A stretch of DNA of 64,000 nt from Carcharhinus longimanus (GCA_030264375.1 JASCQW010000146.1:21386290-21450289), one strand, 5' to 3'. Numbered from the stretch's first letter, positions 36,720 through 50,638 are shown. Translations and numbers: made by a program. The notes: generated from the letters alone by a model not told the origin.

Positions 36720-37640
36720 TCATTGTAGACTCCCTTTCTTGAAGTGTGTGGGAAAATGGGCCTTTCATTAATCACCCAAAAAACTAAAGTACTCTTCCAA
36801 GCAGCTCTCACAGCATAACTTTCCCCATCTTTTAAGATCAATGGCGAGCTTCCAGAAACATGGACCATTTTCCATATCTTGAAAGCCTCTTCTCAATGAA
36901 TCAGACAAAGGCTACAAAATTCATCAGCGCCTCCAATGTGTTGGCTCATCCTTCAGCCAACTGAGGAAAAGAGCATTTGAGGATCAGGATATCAAACCTG
37001 AGACAAAGGACATGTTTACTGATGATTCACCGTGCTTTTATGTACTCAGAAAGTTGGACTAACTTGCAGCAGGCACCTTAAAGCGCAAGAGAAGTATCAT
37101 CAGTTGTGCTTTTGCAAGATTTCCCAAGTCCATTATCCTAAGAAGCAGTGGTTCTTCCAAGCCACCATGCCCAGCACCGAGGTGCTAATCACTCAAATAG
37201 CTCCTTTGGGCTGGACATGCCTTTCATCTGCTTGATATCAGATGCCAGAAGTTAATGTTCCACTTGGAACTCAGTTATGGCATGAGACTCCCAGCAGTTC
37301 AGCGAACACTGGGATGCCCCCAAAGCATCCCTGAAGCAGTCAGACACCCCCATTAGCTCATAAGAGTCCCTGATTTGTGACTGACCAAAATGCAGAAGAT
37401 TTATTCGGGAAGGCACCAAACATATCAAAACAGTTCATCAGGAGCACACACAGGCGCCGTTGAGGGTGAGCACAAACCTCCAAACACCTCATCAGCCTGA
37501 ATCTTCTAGCACCACCTGCCCTGCATTTGCCAATAGTCACAAATCGTGCATTGGACTTATCAGCCATCTCAGAACTGATTGAACTGGAGGGGAAAGAAGT
37601 CACCCTTGATCCTAAAGGACTGCATAAGGGAAGAATATTA
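36720..37640 (+). mobile_element. Degenerate RTE-clade LINE 3' fragment
   Basis: Frame-shifted motifs DHFPYL.SL, IHQRLQC..FSQLRKRAFEDQDIKPETK, LKAQEKYHQLC and terminal IGLISHLR. Confidence 0.65.
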
Positions 37641-39302
37641 CATTGATGTGTCAGTCTTGATTTAAGTCTCTGGAGTGGAGTTTGAACCACTCAGCTGAGG
37701 CTAACCTCTTCAAGAAGCTAAAGAGAAAAAATTGTTCTCTGTGGCAATGGCTAGAGAGCCTTTTGCTCAAAGGTCTCTTTCACATGGCATTTATTTTCTC
37801 AAGGTTTCTTGCTAAGCTCTCTCAGAAATTCATTTTCTCAAGATCTACATTTTGGAAAATTATTTTGACCAACTTATTTGTACTTTGATCAGAAATACAC
37901 AGTTTTTGGATTATTGCAGATTTGTTTGCTACATTAAGTTTCGTATCTAAATATATTTAGGAAAACAGTTGCTTATTACAATTTAAGTGACTTAATTGAT
38001 TCGGAGTCATTTGAAATGAATCTCTTTTAGGTGGAGAATTGCTCAACTTAGTACTATTTGTTGAACCTTCTTCTCTCATTTGTGACAACAGTAAATCAAT
38101 TTACCAGGACGTGTGAGTGAGGCCTAGAAACAAAGTTAGTGGCAAAGCCAATCCATTGGGGAACTAAAGTTGGGAAAAGGAGACCCATAACGGGAAGAAC
38201 TCTGGTTTGAAAACTGAAGATGCATTTCAATCTTCTGCTAATGAGGCAAGATTGTAAAAGGCCAAAGAAAAGCAAAGACCTTTTAGTAAATACAATGTTA
38301 ATAACTCAGGAAAATAATTGGAAAGGAACTGCGTTTTATTTTACAAAGCAAAAATTTAAACCACAAGCCTGTGGTGTGTGTACACAGTCTGGGACGATAG
38401 AATAAAGGACCCACTTTATAAAGGGCTCAGGATTAGAGTTCCACCTATTTATGTCATTACCCATCACCATGGGTATTTGTATTCTGGAATTTCCTAGTGG
38501 AAGTTCAATCAGGCATTCCCCATGTAAGTCCTGGGAGTTATCACAACAATATAAGTTTGAGTGAGTAAATACAGGGACAGTGTCCCAGACAGTCTCTGCT
38601 TGAAAACTGAATATTCTGCATGTGCAACTCATTTGTTAAGTTCTGGTAGAGTCACTACAATGCTGGTATACAATTTACACATTTTGTTAGCTGCTGTAAC
38701 ATAATTATAAGCAAGAATTGGACAGTGAGATATTTTGCACCATTGCACCAGGTGGTTCCTGACAGTGCAAAAAGCTAGAAGAATTGGAAGGAGTTTCAAA
38801 GGGAGGAGTATGTGAGCAGTATGTGAAGCTTTGCTACTGACCTGTTTTGGAATACTGCAGCAGCTCTTGCAGTCAAGATCTGAATTGGAGACATGTGTGC
38901 TGGAAACCCTCGTGTTCCACTCTCTAAAGAGATTACAAAATTCCTAATAGATCTCTTTGAAAATCTAATTTAAGAAAGACATTAATCGATTTTATATCTT
39001 TGCTCAAATAGCAAAAAAATTACACAAATGCACTTGTGCATTTGTTAATAACATCACTACTTTAATGCTACTTTAACCACAACTTATTTGCACAACACAA
39101 TTTCCAGATCTTGTGGTGCTCCATAGCACTCACCACTGATGTTAGAGTTCTCACAGCCAGCCAACCAGGCAATAAATTGCATTAGCCCTGAGAGCAGAAA
39201 TTAAAATTGGGACAAGCACATCAGAAGCTGAAATATATTATATTAATAATTTTATTAGAATAATTGGAATCTTTATCATAATATGAATCTTTATCATAGT
39301 AT

Positions 39303-39625
39303 GAACACATGAGTTAGGAGTAGGTCGCTTGGCCCTTCAAGCCTGCTCTGCCATTCAATAAGATTGTGACTGATCTGACCATAACCTCTTGCTTACATCT
39401 GATAACCTCTCAACCCCTTGTATATCAAGAATCTATTTACCTCTGCCTTGAAAACATTCTGGGTGGGATTTTCCAGCTGCACACACCCCAAAGCTAAAGA
39501 GTCTCATACAAAGCCAGCGGACCTTTGCATGATACCTGTCTACTGTAATTCCCATGACAGGCAGGACTGGAAAATTCTGCCCTGTGTTTCCAATGCCTTT
39601 GAGGAAGGGAGTTCCAAAGTCTCAG
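39303..39625 (-). mobile_element. CR1 3' end interrupted by a MITE (39461-39582)
   Basis: GGCCCTTCAAGCCTGCTCTGCCATTCAATAAGAT...CTCTGCCTTGAAAACATTC, resuming after 39582. Confidence 0.7.
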
Positions 39626-40766
39626 AGCCACTCCACTCCTGCCAATACTTTTCCTGAGGAAATTCTTTCTTTTCTCATTGTCACAGTTGTCAGTGCAAAT
39701 AATTTATGAATTCATTCATGAATTCATTTTTTTTCTGATTACTTTGTTTTAGCTTTACAGTTTTCTATTGGAATTCAACAGAACTGGTGCATTCAAATGC
39801 TCCTACATAATTCATATTATCCAGGTTATGCCTCGTCACAGAGGAATGCATACATGTACTGGAAGACTATTGCATGCCCATGAATCCAATAACATATCAA
39901 AAACATTTGCAAGTAATTAAAGAAGCCTTCAGTCTCTAAATCAAAATCCTCCCTCACTCAGCAATGCTGCAGTGTCAAATAGACATGGCCTTTCTCGTCC
40001 CGAAACCGTAAAATCCTGCCCGAGGTCGAAGGATCTTCCCATTCTCCGCCCTCTCCGCTCTGATCCCCATGGCAGGCGGGACGGTAAAATTCCAGCAAAG
40101 GTGCCTCTCCAAAGTGAGGGAAGGGAAGTCACCATCACCTACTTCTGTGTTGATCCTATTTTGGTGCAATGTTTTAATGTCTATTGAATATCAAACAGTG
40201 TGTGGATCACTGACGCGTTCATTTGTGAAAGTGATCTCATAATTCACACTACCCCACAATGGGTTGCAAACCAAGGTTATTTCTCACTTGGAAGAACAAA
40301 GCTTAAGCATCTATATTATTATTAAGAGTGTAGAACATTTGGACATCAAATATACTTTACCCTCACTTTAAACCTTATGATTAATCCACTCCAGTTTAGT
40401 TTAGCAAATTACTAGTCAATTTCACGTAGCTTTTTATATTGGCCCCCCGATATTTATAGGGATGGAGAACATTTTCCCCATCATGGAGGGGATTAATATC
40501 AAGGCCTCAGACTTTGAAGGCTGAGAGTTGTCACAGCCCCTGTAGATGTTATCTATTAGAGTGAGGTTTGTGGAGGTATATAGTTTTATTTTTGGAATAG
40601 TGTGAAGAGTCATGTGAAACTCCCAGTGTGAATAACCAGCCCAGTTGTTGTGTAACAATTATTAAAGACTATTTATGAAATTAAAGACAAATGCACACAA
40701 ATAATACTCAAAGACAATTCAATATCTGAATTACTAAACACACGCACACAGTTTATATAGAAATTG

Positions 40767-40878
40767 CCATTGCCTCTCCTCCCACTCCTGGTGCTTCCAC
40801 TGCCTCTCCTCCCACTGCCAGTCTTCCCATGACTGCTCCTCCCACAGCCGCTCTTCCCACTCCTGATCCTCCCACTGT
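40767..40878. repeat. Degenerate 15-bp minisatellite, about 7 units
   Basis: Units of the form CCACTGCCTCTCCTC. Confidence 0.8.
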
Positions 40879-41164
40879 GATTTCTCCAGGGCTGCACTAA
40901 ATGAAGTAACTAAGAAACTAAGCTCCAATGCCAGGAATAACAAAAACTAAACATTGCCTATTAAATCAACTCCCACCTATTTGGCCTTTATCCAAAGATT
41001 TACATGACAAAATATGTTCTTTTTTTAATTCCTTTATTAATTTTCCAAACCCTTTTGGGGATTGAAACAGTCTTTGTCGCAATATTGAATAAACAGAGTC
41101 TCCTAGCACACACATTTTCCCATTCTGTACACATATCTATATCTGCATTAAAATGATAAAAATG

Positions 41165-41302
41165 AATTCAAGCAGTTATTGGATAGGCACATGGAGCACA
41201 TCAAAATGATAGGGAGTGGGATAGCTTGATCTTGGTTTTGGACAAAGCTCGGCACAACTTTGAGGGCCTGTACTGTGCTGTACTGTTCTATATTTCTATA
41301 TT
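41165..41302 (+). mobile_element. CR1-type 3' terminus
   Basis: TTCAAGCAGTTATTGGATAGGCACATGG...GAGGGCCTGTACTGTGCTGTACTGTTCTATATTTCTAT. Confidence 0.65.
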
Positions 41303-41621
41303 AGAATAAAATATGGTCCCACTCCCTCCCCTATGTTCTTTTACCATGTTTCATTATGCCTTGCTGAAATCCTCATCTTTCCCCTGCTGTCTCTCCCTAA
41401 ATTCAGAATAAGCAAGTTTTACATCACATGTAACTTGGCCTTGGCAGTGTTTTCTCCCTTATTTTCACTGAGAGATGAATGGAAACAAACTTGGAAGCAG
41501 ACATTATTAGGGACAGGTAGGCAGATGGTGTGGGACAAGAACACAGAGAGGAGGCAGGGAGAGGAAGACATTGGGAGAGGAATCTGATGTGGTACTAACT
41601 GTGAGAAGACATCCTGCACCT

Positions 41622-41935
41622 AAAGTTAAAGTTTATTTATTAGTGTCACAAGTAGGCTTACATTAATACTGCAATGAAGTTACTGTGAAAATCCCCTAGA
41701 CGCCATGCTCCGGCACCTGTTTGGGTATCCTGAGGGAGAATTTAGCATGGCCAGTGCACCTAAACTAGCACATCTTTCAGACTGTAGAAGGAAACTGGAG
41801 CACCTGGAGGAAACCCATGCAGAGACAGGGAGAACATGTAGGCTCCACACAGACAATGTTGCAATTTGGGAATCGAACCCAGATCCCTGATGCTTTCTGA
41901 GGCAGCAGTGCTGGCCAATGTGCCACCACACCACC
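41622..41935 (-). mobile_element. V-SINE type B
   Basis: Same type B tail. Confidence 0.8.
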
Positions 41936-42494
41936 GTAAGTATTGCAAAACCATGCCTATATTTACAATGTACATATTTAACCAAATCTGTGACACCAAT
42001 TGCACAGAAGAAATCTTCCTCCCTATATATGTATTTCTTTATTGTTTCATGGGATATGGCAAGGCCAGCATTTGTTGCCAATCTCTAATTTTCCTTGAAC
42101 TGAGTGTCATTTTAAGAGTCAACTACTTTGCTGTGGCTCTGGAGTCACATGTAGTCCAGACAAAGTAAGAATGGCAGATTTCCTCCATTAATGAATCAGA
42201 TAGGCTTTTACGACAATCAACAATGGTATCATGGTCACCGTTAGACTTTTAATCACAGGTTTTTAACTGAATTCAAATTTCATCATCTGCCGTGATGGGA
42301 TTCAAACCTCTCCAGTGACAATAACAATATATCATTGTCTCTCCTGAGGGAGTATATGCAGTAATGTAACTTATACTCTTTAACCCTACAACCTACATCC
42401 ATATGCAACACTAAAAATTTCAACCAGTAATTTTATTGCAATCATTATGTATTTGAGATTCTTAATGCTCCTTAATGTAAAAAGTAACTGAAGT

Positions 42495-43420
42495 CATTCC
42501 AATAAATCAACATCCTGGACTTACCATTGACCAGAAACTGAACTGGACTAGCCATATAAATACTATAGCTATAAGAACAGGTCAGAATTTAGGAATTCTG
42601 TGCCAAGTAATTCACCTCCTGGCTTCCCAAAGCCTGTCCACCATCCACAAGTCAGGATTGTGACGGAAAATATTCTCCACCTGCCTGGATGAGTGCAGCT
42701 CCAACAGCACTCCATGTCTTGGATGGTTTGACACCATCCAAGACAAAACAATCCATTTGATTGGCACTCCCTCCACCACCAACGTACAGTGACAGAAGTG
42801 TGTACCATCTACAAGGTGCACTGTCAGAACTCACCAAAGCTCCCTCGACAGCACCTTCCAAGCCCATGATCATGACCATCTAGAGCAACAAGCGCAGCAG
42901 ATACCTGGAAACACCACCACCTGGAAGTTTCTCTCCAACACAGTCACTATCCTGAAACTCCTTCACTATAAGCACTGAAGGTATACCTATACCACATGAA
43001 CAGCAAAGGTTCAAGAAGGCAGCTCATCACCACCTCCTCAAGGGAAATTAGGGATGGGCAATAAATAGAATCATACAATCCCTACAGTGCAGAAGGAGGC
43101 CATTCGGCCCATCAAGCCTGCACCAACAACAATCCCACGCTGGTCCTTTATCTGTAACCCCAAATATTTACCCTGCTAATCACCCTGACACTAATGGGCA
43201 ACTTAACATGGCCAGTCAACCTAACCCGCACATCTTTGGAGTGTTGGAGGAAACCGGAGCACCTGGAGGAAATCCACACAACCACAGAGAAAACATGCAA
43301 ACTCCACACAGACAGTGACCTGAGGCCAGAATTGAACCTGGGTCCCTGATGCTGTGAGGCAGTGGTACTGACCACTGTGCCACTACACTGACCTAGCCAG
43401 CAAAGCTCACATCCCTTAAA
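42495..43420 (+). mobile_element. CR1/L2-group LINE 3' fragment, tail split by a V-SINE
   Basis: CAACATCCTGG..ACCATTGACCAGAAACTGAACTGGACTAGCCATATAAATAC, ending AATTAGGGATGGGCAATAAAT and resuming CTAGCCAGC..CACATCCC after 43390. Confidence 0.75.
43066..43390 (-). mobile_element. V-SINE type A, about 150 bp upstream of FNDC5 exon C
   Basis: Full-length consensus match. Confidence 0.85.
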
Positions 43421-43542
43421 TACATTTTTTAAAAATCCCAGGCTAAGTTGACAGATAGTTTGTCAGCAGTTAGTTTACTAATTGACTCCTAATTGTATCC
43501 AATGTCCCTCACTGATTGAACTGTTTGATCTTTATCTTACAG

Positions 43543-43635
43543 ATGAGGTGACAGCAGAGACACTGCAGGAACGTAACGCACAGTTAAGGATGGGCGAGAT
43601 GATCATTATTGTGGTTGTTCTAGTTATGTGGGCAG
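43543..43635 (+). CDS. FNDC5: FNDC5 coding exon C (juxtamembrane linker and most of TM helix), 93 bp, phase 1 to 1
   Basis: Acceptor tttatcttacAG at 43541-42, donor CAG|GTGAGT at 43636. Encodes (D)EVTAETLQERNAQLRMGEMIIIVVVLVMWA(G). Confidence 0.95.
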
Positions 43636-45649
43636 GTGAGTGTTTGCTCTGCATTTGTTTTCTTCTTGTGTTATGGCAAGCTTTTGGTAAACACCAAGCT
43701 GCCCAAGTGCTAAAGGAAAACTTGAAACAGTTACCAAAATGTTTTTAGCAATTTGTGTAGTATGAGGAGATGTTCTGAACTCAAGAAATGATATTCCCGT
43801 CTACTTATGATGATTTTATTGTAAAGTAAATGTTCACTGAGAAAGAGAACAAATCAGAATTATACAGAAACACGAAAATGGCTTCACACCTTAAACACTA
43901 ATTTAAAATGGTTCCAAAAGGTACTAATTTAACTACCCTTGGAGCAAGCCTTCCCTGTTTCTGTTCAGCAACTATCCTTATATATTTTATAATCTAAGAA
44001 TTCTACTATTTTTTTACCACACAGTACCTTTGTTTCTTTTGGGATATCCTGCTCTGAGACTGACAGCAGCTGGTTCTTCAGGTTTGGCTTTGTTCACACA
44101 GTTTTCTGGGAGTTCTGACCAGTTAGCTACTGTTTTCTAGGAGGTCGAAACAGCTAGCCTATCACATAGACTTCAGTATTTCCTTAAATTTGTTCTTTCC
44201 CTTTGATGTCTCTATTGTCTAATCTTTAGAAATGCTTTCTTCCCAGAATTGATTCAATACATTTCCTTACTTTAGCTCTCAGGATGAAAAATGAAGTTAC
44301 CTTTACTTTGCATATTTACACTTTTCTTTTACCACGTATCTACCTGCCTTTGAACCAAAATAACCCATTCAAAACAACTCCTGTTATTGTCTTGTGTAGA
44401 ATCCTGATTGAAATACCTCCTGATTCATTAACTGATCAAAACCACTTCTTACTATTATATTAGACTCTTTCTACCATCCTGTCTGTTACTCCAATTACCA
44501 TAATCACAATCCCCCCAACAGCCTGCCTCCCTGTATGTAAGGAATATGACTGTAATACTAAGCAAAAGAAAAATATTACAATTTATTTTCTTGACACTTG
44601 GAACTTGCTGATTTTTTTTCTGGCTTACCCTGCTGTTCAGACTGACAAGGTGAGAAGCTGTTGTACAAATTGGAAAAAAAGAACTTAGGGAATGTCACAA
44701 ATAATGCTGCAAAATCACTTCATTCAGTATTTAACAGGCTTTTGTCATCTAATCAAGAAATATCAATACTTTGTGTATTAAATGTACGTCATAAACTTTT
44801 GTCATCTAGGAGTGAACTCTGACAATTAACAAATTCTTTATGTTTAGTGAGTTGCATCATTATTATTAGATGGTTATAAGATTCCACTGATAGCCCCCCT
44901 TTTCATTACTGTGGCTACTTAATTTAACATCCCCATTTCCCACCTCATTCCTACTCCCTCTCTGAGCCAAAATCTTTATCTATTCCATTGTCATCTCTAA
45001 GTTTTAATTCTGAAATGTTCTCCTTGTCAGTCCTCCACGATACCCTTTTACCTTCAGTATGGCCAAAATTCTACATCACCACTTACAAGTCCTGTACCGT
45101 CCCCCATCAATCCCGTCCTCACCAACCTTTGGATGTCTCAAACATTCTGAATTCACAATTCTCATCCTCTCCAGCATCTCTCCACACCCTAATTTCATGT
45201 TCTATACTGTTCCCCCAAAACCTTGTCTTCATCAGCTTTCACCCTATTTGTAGAACCTTCTCCAAGCCTATAGACCAACGTACTTCCAGTGCTGCGAAAT
45301 TCAGGACAAGAGATGCAAAGAAGGTCAATCTCTGAATTTTGGCAGAACCTCAAATAGTCTCGTCCCTATCTTCTGGAACTCTCTCCCTAAACTCATTCAC
45401 CTTTTTACCTTTTTCTATATCTTCAAAAGTCTCCTCAATATCTCTACCAATGCATTCCTTTGCCTTATCTAATTCTTTTTCACCTACTACCTATCCCACA
45501 TCTCTGAAATGCATTGGGACATTTACATTACAGGGGCCAATACAGGGGATGGTAAATTGTGACAAGTGTGTGACAGAACGCTAACCTTTTCCATCACATC
45601 ACTGGTGCTAATGGTCCAGGCGTATAATTCTAGGTTTCCTGATTATTAG

Positions 45650-46376
45650 ATTATTATCTAAATGGAGAGAGATGGCAGGTGAATGAAGTACAGAGGGTTC
45701 AAGATATTCTACTGCATGAATCACAAAAGGCTAGCATGCAGGTCCAACAAGTAGTTAAGAAGACAAATGGCCTTTATTGCAAAGGGGTTGGAGTTTAAAA
45801 ATAGGGAGGCTTTGCTGCAATTGTACAGGGTGTTGGTGAGGCTGAAACCTGGAATACTGTGCATAGTTTTGGTCTGCTTACCTAAAAAAGGATATAGTAA
45901 CATTGGAAGCAGTTCAAAGGAGATTAATTCCTGGGATGAGAGATTAGTCCTATCAACAGAAACTAATTAGCCTGAGTCTGTATTGCGTGGACTTTAGAAG
46001 AGTGAGGGGTAAACATATAAAATCCTGAGGGGGCTTGACAGGATAGATGATGAGATGTTTATATTAGAGGAGAGTCTCGAGCAAGGGAACATAGCTACAA
46101 AATAAAGGCTGTTCATTTAAAACTAAGATCATAGAAATTTTTTCTCGCAGAGGACAGTGAATCTCTGGAATTATCTGCCCCAAAGAGTGATGGAGATTAA
46201 ATCATTAGAGGTATCCAAAGTGGAGGTAGATAAATATTTTATAGATTGAGGAATAGAGGGCTTTGGGGAAATGGCACAGGAGTTGAGGCTGGTCTAGGTT
46301 AGCCATGATTACATTGAATGATGGGACAGGCTTGATGGGCCTGATGGCCTACTCTTGCTTTGATTTCTTGTGTTCT
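45650..46376 (+). mobile_element. CR1-type LINE 3' fragment
   Basis: AFIAKGLEFKNREALLQLYRVLVR and tail GGGCCTGATGGCCTACTCTTGCT. Confidence 0.85.
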
Positions 46377-46466
46377 GCTTTTATTTAGATGTCAATTTTT
46401 TTTCTATCTCTTGGACAGCTTCTGTCCATTAGCCAGTACATGTTCAGAAGGCACTGACTCAATGTT

Positions 46467-47157
46467 GAGTTGAAATTTTCCAAGTTTATTGGGAACCCTT
46501 TGCTGGGACCATATCTGGGTCCCCAGTCCACCCATTTTGAATTTTACAATCTGACAGGCAGTTCCCAATTGATAACTCCCCTCTATAAATGGTGCACATT
46601 AGGCACAGCAGACAGCCCATGAATGCAAGAGGACCAATTGAAGGGGTTGGCTGTAAGCATCACTAAGAAAAGTGGGTGCCGCTTAAGAAGCTGAAAAAGA
46701 GTGTGAGGGTGCCACAAAATGGAGGTGCTCACCTAAAGATCCAAACAGCATCCCTATAAATGGTGAGGGGAACAATCTTGCAGATCAGAGTGAAGGTAAA
46801 ACTGCTCCAAAATGCCTGCAGATGTGCTGCTTGCTGCCTTTCTGATTTTTTTATAAATGAATCTGCAAGATCAAACAATACCACTCCAACCTCCACTTGT
46901 AGTGTCACCTCTGATGCATTGCCAGGGAACCAGTAAGCCATTGGTAAAATGTCATTGCAGTGTCAGAAAAAGGAACTAATTGTTCTTTTAAATTCATTAA
47001 TTGTTCACTGTTAGCAGCCATTGCCGCTGGACACCTGCCTCCAGGAAAAGCGCACGGAGGCAGTGACGCCTTGGGGAACTGACCTAGCACTCCGTGTTCT
47101 AAATTTTCGTGCACCTCCTTCAAAGCCAACCCTTCGGGGCTTGGAAAATTCCAGACA
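46467..47157. mobile_element. Probable non-autonomous TIR DNA element
   Basis: Termini GTTGAAATTTTCCAAG and CTTGGAAAATTCCAGAC resemble each other and the MITE TIRs. Confidence 0.4.
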
Positions 47158-47626
47158 ATGTTGCAGACAGAATGACAATAGCATTTGTGAATCAAGTTAA
47201 CCAGCTTTATTTTCATTAATGTGGTCAATTAAACTTGATGTAGCAGGCTGAATGAGGTGCCCCCCTAACTTCCTTCCTGCCTTTGTCCGTGTGAGTCATA
47301 AAAAACAGCCTTCCCATTCCCACCTGACTACCCACACCAGCCGTATTATGGCATGGGAAGAGTATTATTCCTATTAATAGGCTTGCGAACAAGCTGAATT
47401 AACCTTTAAGTATTTATTTATATATATGGTGGGTGGAACTTTGATTTCAGCACCTAGCCAAAATGAGGGTGAGCTCAAGTGGTGGGCTAACCACCCAACA
47501 TATTTTATGTGACCCCCAACTCGACTACTCCAACACGAAAAATATCATTGGTGGGTTCATGTAAAATCTAACCCAATGTGTTAAATGAAGGTGGAGTGCC
47601 AATTTTCCTAACCTCTCCTAGGGAGG

Positions 47627-47877
47627 CCGTGTGGATTCTGCATGTTCTCCCCATGTCTGCATGGGTTTCCACCAGGTGCTCTGGCTTCTTCCCATAGTCC
47701 AAACATGTGTGGGCTAGGTTGATTAGCCATGCTAAATTGCCCCTTAGTGTCAGGGGCATTTGCAGGATAAATACATGGAGTTACAGGGATAGGGCCTAAG
47801 TGGGATTGTTGTCGGTGCAAATTTGATGGGCTGAATGGCCTCCTTCTGCCCTGCAGGAATGCTAAGATTCTATGATT
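47627..47877 (+). mobile_element. V-SINE type A, 5' truncated
   Basis: Starts at the V-domain GTGTGGATTCTGCATGTTCTCCCC. Confidence 0.8.
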
Positions 47878-48268
47878 CCTGTCATCCTATTTGAAATGTA
47901 GTGAAGAGACTCCAATCTAGCTGTTAAAAATGTCCTGAGATGCTGTCTTGGACTCTAGGTGTGGGACATGGTTAGTAGGCAGGCCAGACATACTCTGGTA
48001 TGTTTAACACATGTTTATTAATACTATATCTCAGCAGGTTAGAGAGTATGCATGTTTTTGTTCTAGGCAACCTCTCTATCTCTCTCAGAGACAGAGAATC
48101 TAAAACTTGACTGACTGATGTCAGTAACACATCATCATTATGTCATGCATTAGAATATCCCATCACTTTAACCCTTTATTGCTCAAAACGTGATAAATCA
48201 TAAACTTTAGTGACTAACATTGTATAAAATGAATTATGTGGACTGAATGATGTAGTTCCTACATTAAT

Positions 48269-48553
48269 GGGGGTAGCATAGTGGTTACCACTGGTGCCTC
48301 ACAGCGCCAGGGACCTGAGTTCGATTCTTGACTTAGGTCACTGTCTGTGCGGGGACAATATGTTCTCCCCATGTCTGCATGGATTTCCTCCGGGTGCTCC
48401 AGTTTCCTCCCACAGTCCGAAAGACATTCAGGTTTGGTGCATTGGCCGTGCTAAATTCTCTTTCAGGCGCTGGAGTGTGGCAACTAGGGGATTTTCAAGT
48501 AAATTCAGTGCAGTGTTAATGTAAGCTTATTTGTGACACTAATAAACAAACTT
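48269..48553 (+). mobile_element. V-SINE type B
   Basis: Same type B tail. Confidence 0.8.
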
Positions 48554-48995
48554 GAAAATTTAAATGTACTGACAATATAAAGTAGAATATCAAATCCATG
48601 GAACCAGACAGATTTCATTTTATAATGGGATGTTACAGAGACAAGGGAGGAAAACCATTTCAGCAATTTTGTGAAGAATGTGCAATTATAATTTTATTTT
48701 TGCATGGTTATCTATGATTCAACAGCCATCTGCAGAACTCTTAAAAGAGCACATCACCTCAGTTATGTTGAAGCAGTGACAAAGCAAAATGTGGCTTTGC
48801 TGTAACAAACAATAAAACTTAAACATATTTATATAAAACCTTTCTTGACCTCTTAATGTCCCTAAGTACTTTACAGCCAATGCTATCTTTTGGGGATGCT
48901 GTCACTATAATGTAGGAAAGGTAGTAACCAATTTACAGACAGCAAACTCTGACTTAAGATCCAGTTAACGAGAAGAAGTTTCTCAGAAATATTTT

Positions 48996-49130
48996 GGGGC
49001 CAGAATCTTACGGCCATTCATGCCGGCAAGATTTATCCATCCCACTGCAGGGAGCGGAGATTTGGCTGGGTGTCAAATACTCCGACTTTGCTGTAGCAAT
49101 TGTGGCGTGAAAGGCCGGTAAGGTCGTGCC
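48996..49130. mobile_element. MITE with GGGCCAGAATCTTACGGCC / GGCCGGTAAGGTCGTGCC termini
   Basis: Imperfect TIRs, ~135 bp. Confidence 0.55.
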
Positions 49131-49870
49131 TTAAATGTTGTTTCTTCAGCAAGGTAGGTGATGTTAATTTACAGCACCCTGTGTACTACAGAGGCCATAA
49201 TGTGAATCTCACCAGTCAGGGGAGGGGCGGACTCTCAGCTCACCTGGTAGCCTGCTGCTGAGCACCATTACGCAGGCGTCCTGATCTTCCAGTAGACTGT
49301 GTCCTTTGTGTACACAGTACACTGGGAGACCTGACACTCCATCCCCTGCCCACCCATCCCGCCCCCCAACCTTCCTGGGCAGAATGGGGGCAGCAAGATC
49401 ACAAGAGGCAAGAAATTGGGTGCGAACCAAATTTTTTGCCTCTCACCCTGTCTCACGGACTCACCATTGCAGGTCGCTCATTGTGGTAAGATCCCACCCA
49501 AGGTGTTTAGTGATGAGACTGGGATAAATCCTCTGTTCTTCTTTGAGATAGTGCCATGGGACTTTCACATCCACTTGAGAAGGCAGATGAGCTACGGTTA
49601 AAATTCTTATCTGAAAGACGGCACCTCCAGCAGTTCAGCTTTCCCTCGGTGCTGCACTGATGCATCAGCCTAGATTTTGTGCTCAAGGTTCTGGAGTGGG
49701 ACTTAAATCCTGAAACCTTTGAGTATTTGAGAACAGACAAAAATGACTAATTGATGTGGTAACCAAACGGCAAAGAATTCTGCTGATAATGCCACGCTCA
49801 TTGAATATTCAGTGACTTGTAGCTCTATTGGTTTCTTGGGATGTGTTCCCAGTGTGGTTTTATTATGCAT

Positions 49871-50586
49871 AGTAAGAAGTCTCACAACACCTGGTTCAAG
49901 TCCAACAGATTTGTTTGGTATTATGAATTTTCGAAGCACTCTCCTTCATCAGGTGAATGATGAAGGAGCAGTGCTGCAAAAGCTCGTGATACCAAANNNN
50001 NNNNNNNNNNNNNNNNNNNNNNNNNNNNNNNNNNNNNNNNNNNNNNNNNNNNNNNNNNNNNNNNNNNNNNNNNNNNNNNNNNNNNNNNNNNNNNNNNNNN
50101 NNNNNNNNNNNNNNNNNNNNNNNNNNNNNNNNNNNNNNNNNNNNNNNNNNNNNNNNNNNNNNNNNNNNNNNNNNNNNNNNNNNNNNNNNNNNNNNNNNNN
50201 NNNNNNNNNNNNNNNNNNNNNNNNNNNNNNNNNNNNNNNNNNNNNNNNNNNNNNNNNNNNNNNNNNNNNNNNNNNNNNNNNNNNNNNNNNNNNNNNNNNN
50301 NNNNNNNNNNNNNNNNNNNNNNNNNNNNNNNNNNNNNNNNNNNNNNNNNNNNNNNNNNNNNNNNNNNNNNNNNNNNNNNNNNNNNNNNNNNNNNNNNNNN
50401 NNNNNNNNNNNNNNNNNNNNNNNNNNNNNNNNNNNNNNNNNNNNNNNNNNNNNNNNNNNNNNNNNNNNNNNNNNNNNNNNNNNNNNNNNNNNNNNNNNNN
50501 NNNNNNNNNNNNNNNNNNNNNNNNNNNNNNNNNNNNNNNNNNNNNNNNNNNNNNNNNNNNNNNNNNNNNNNNNNNCTCCACAACAT
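49871..50586. mobile_element. Penelope-derived fold-back element, mostly in an N gap
   Basis: AGTAAGAAGTCTCACAACACC...CTCCTTCATCAGGTGA/ATGATGAAGGAGCAG...; CTCCACAACAT after the gap resembles the family tail. Confidence 0.7.
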
Positions 50587-50638
50587 TGTTATTCATATGC
50601 ATTGCTACTTATTGAACTCCTTCTCATCTGTTTGCCAG

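Noticed and set aside
49812-50615. Longest ORFs in the track (267, 221, 217 aa) and similar X-filled ORFs
   Set aside because: They are open only because they read through N runs.
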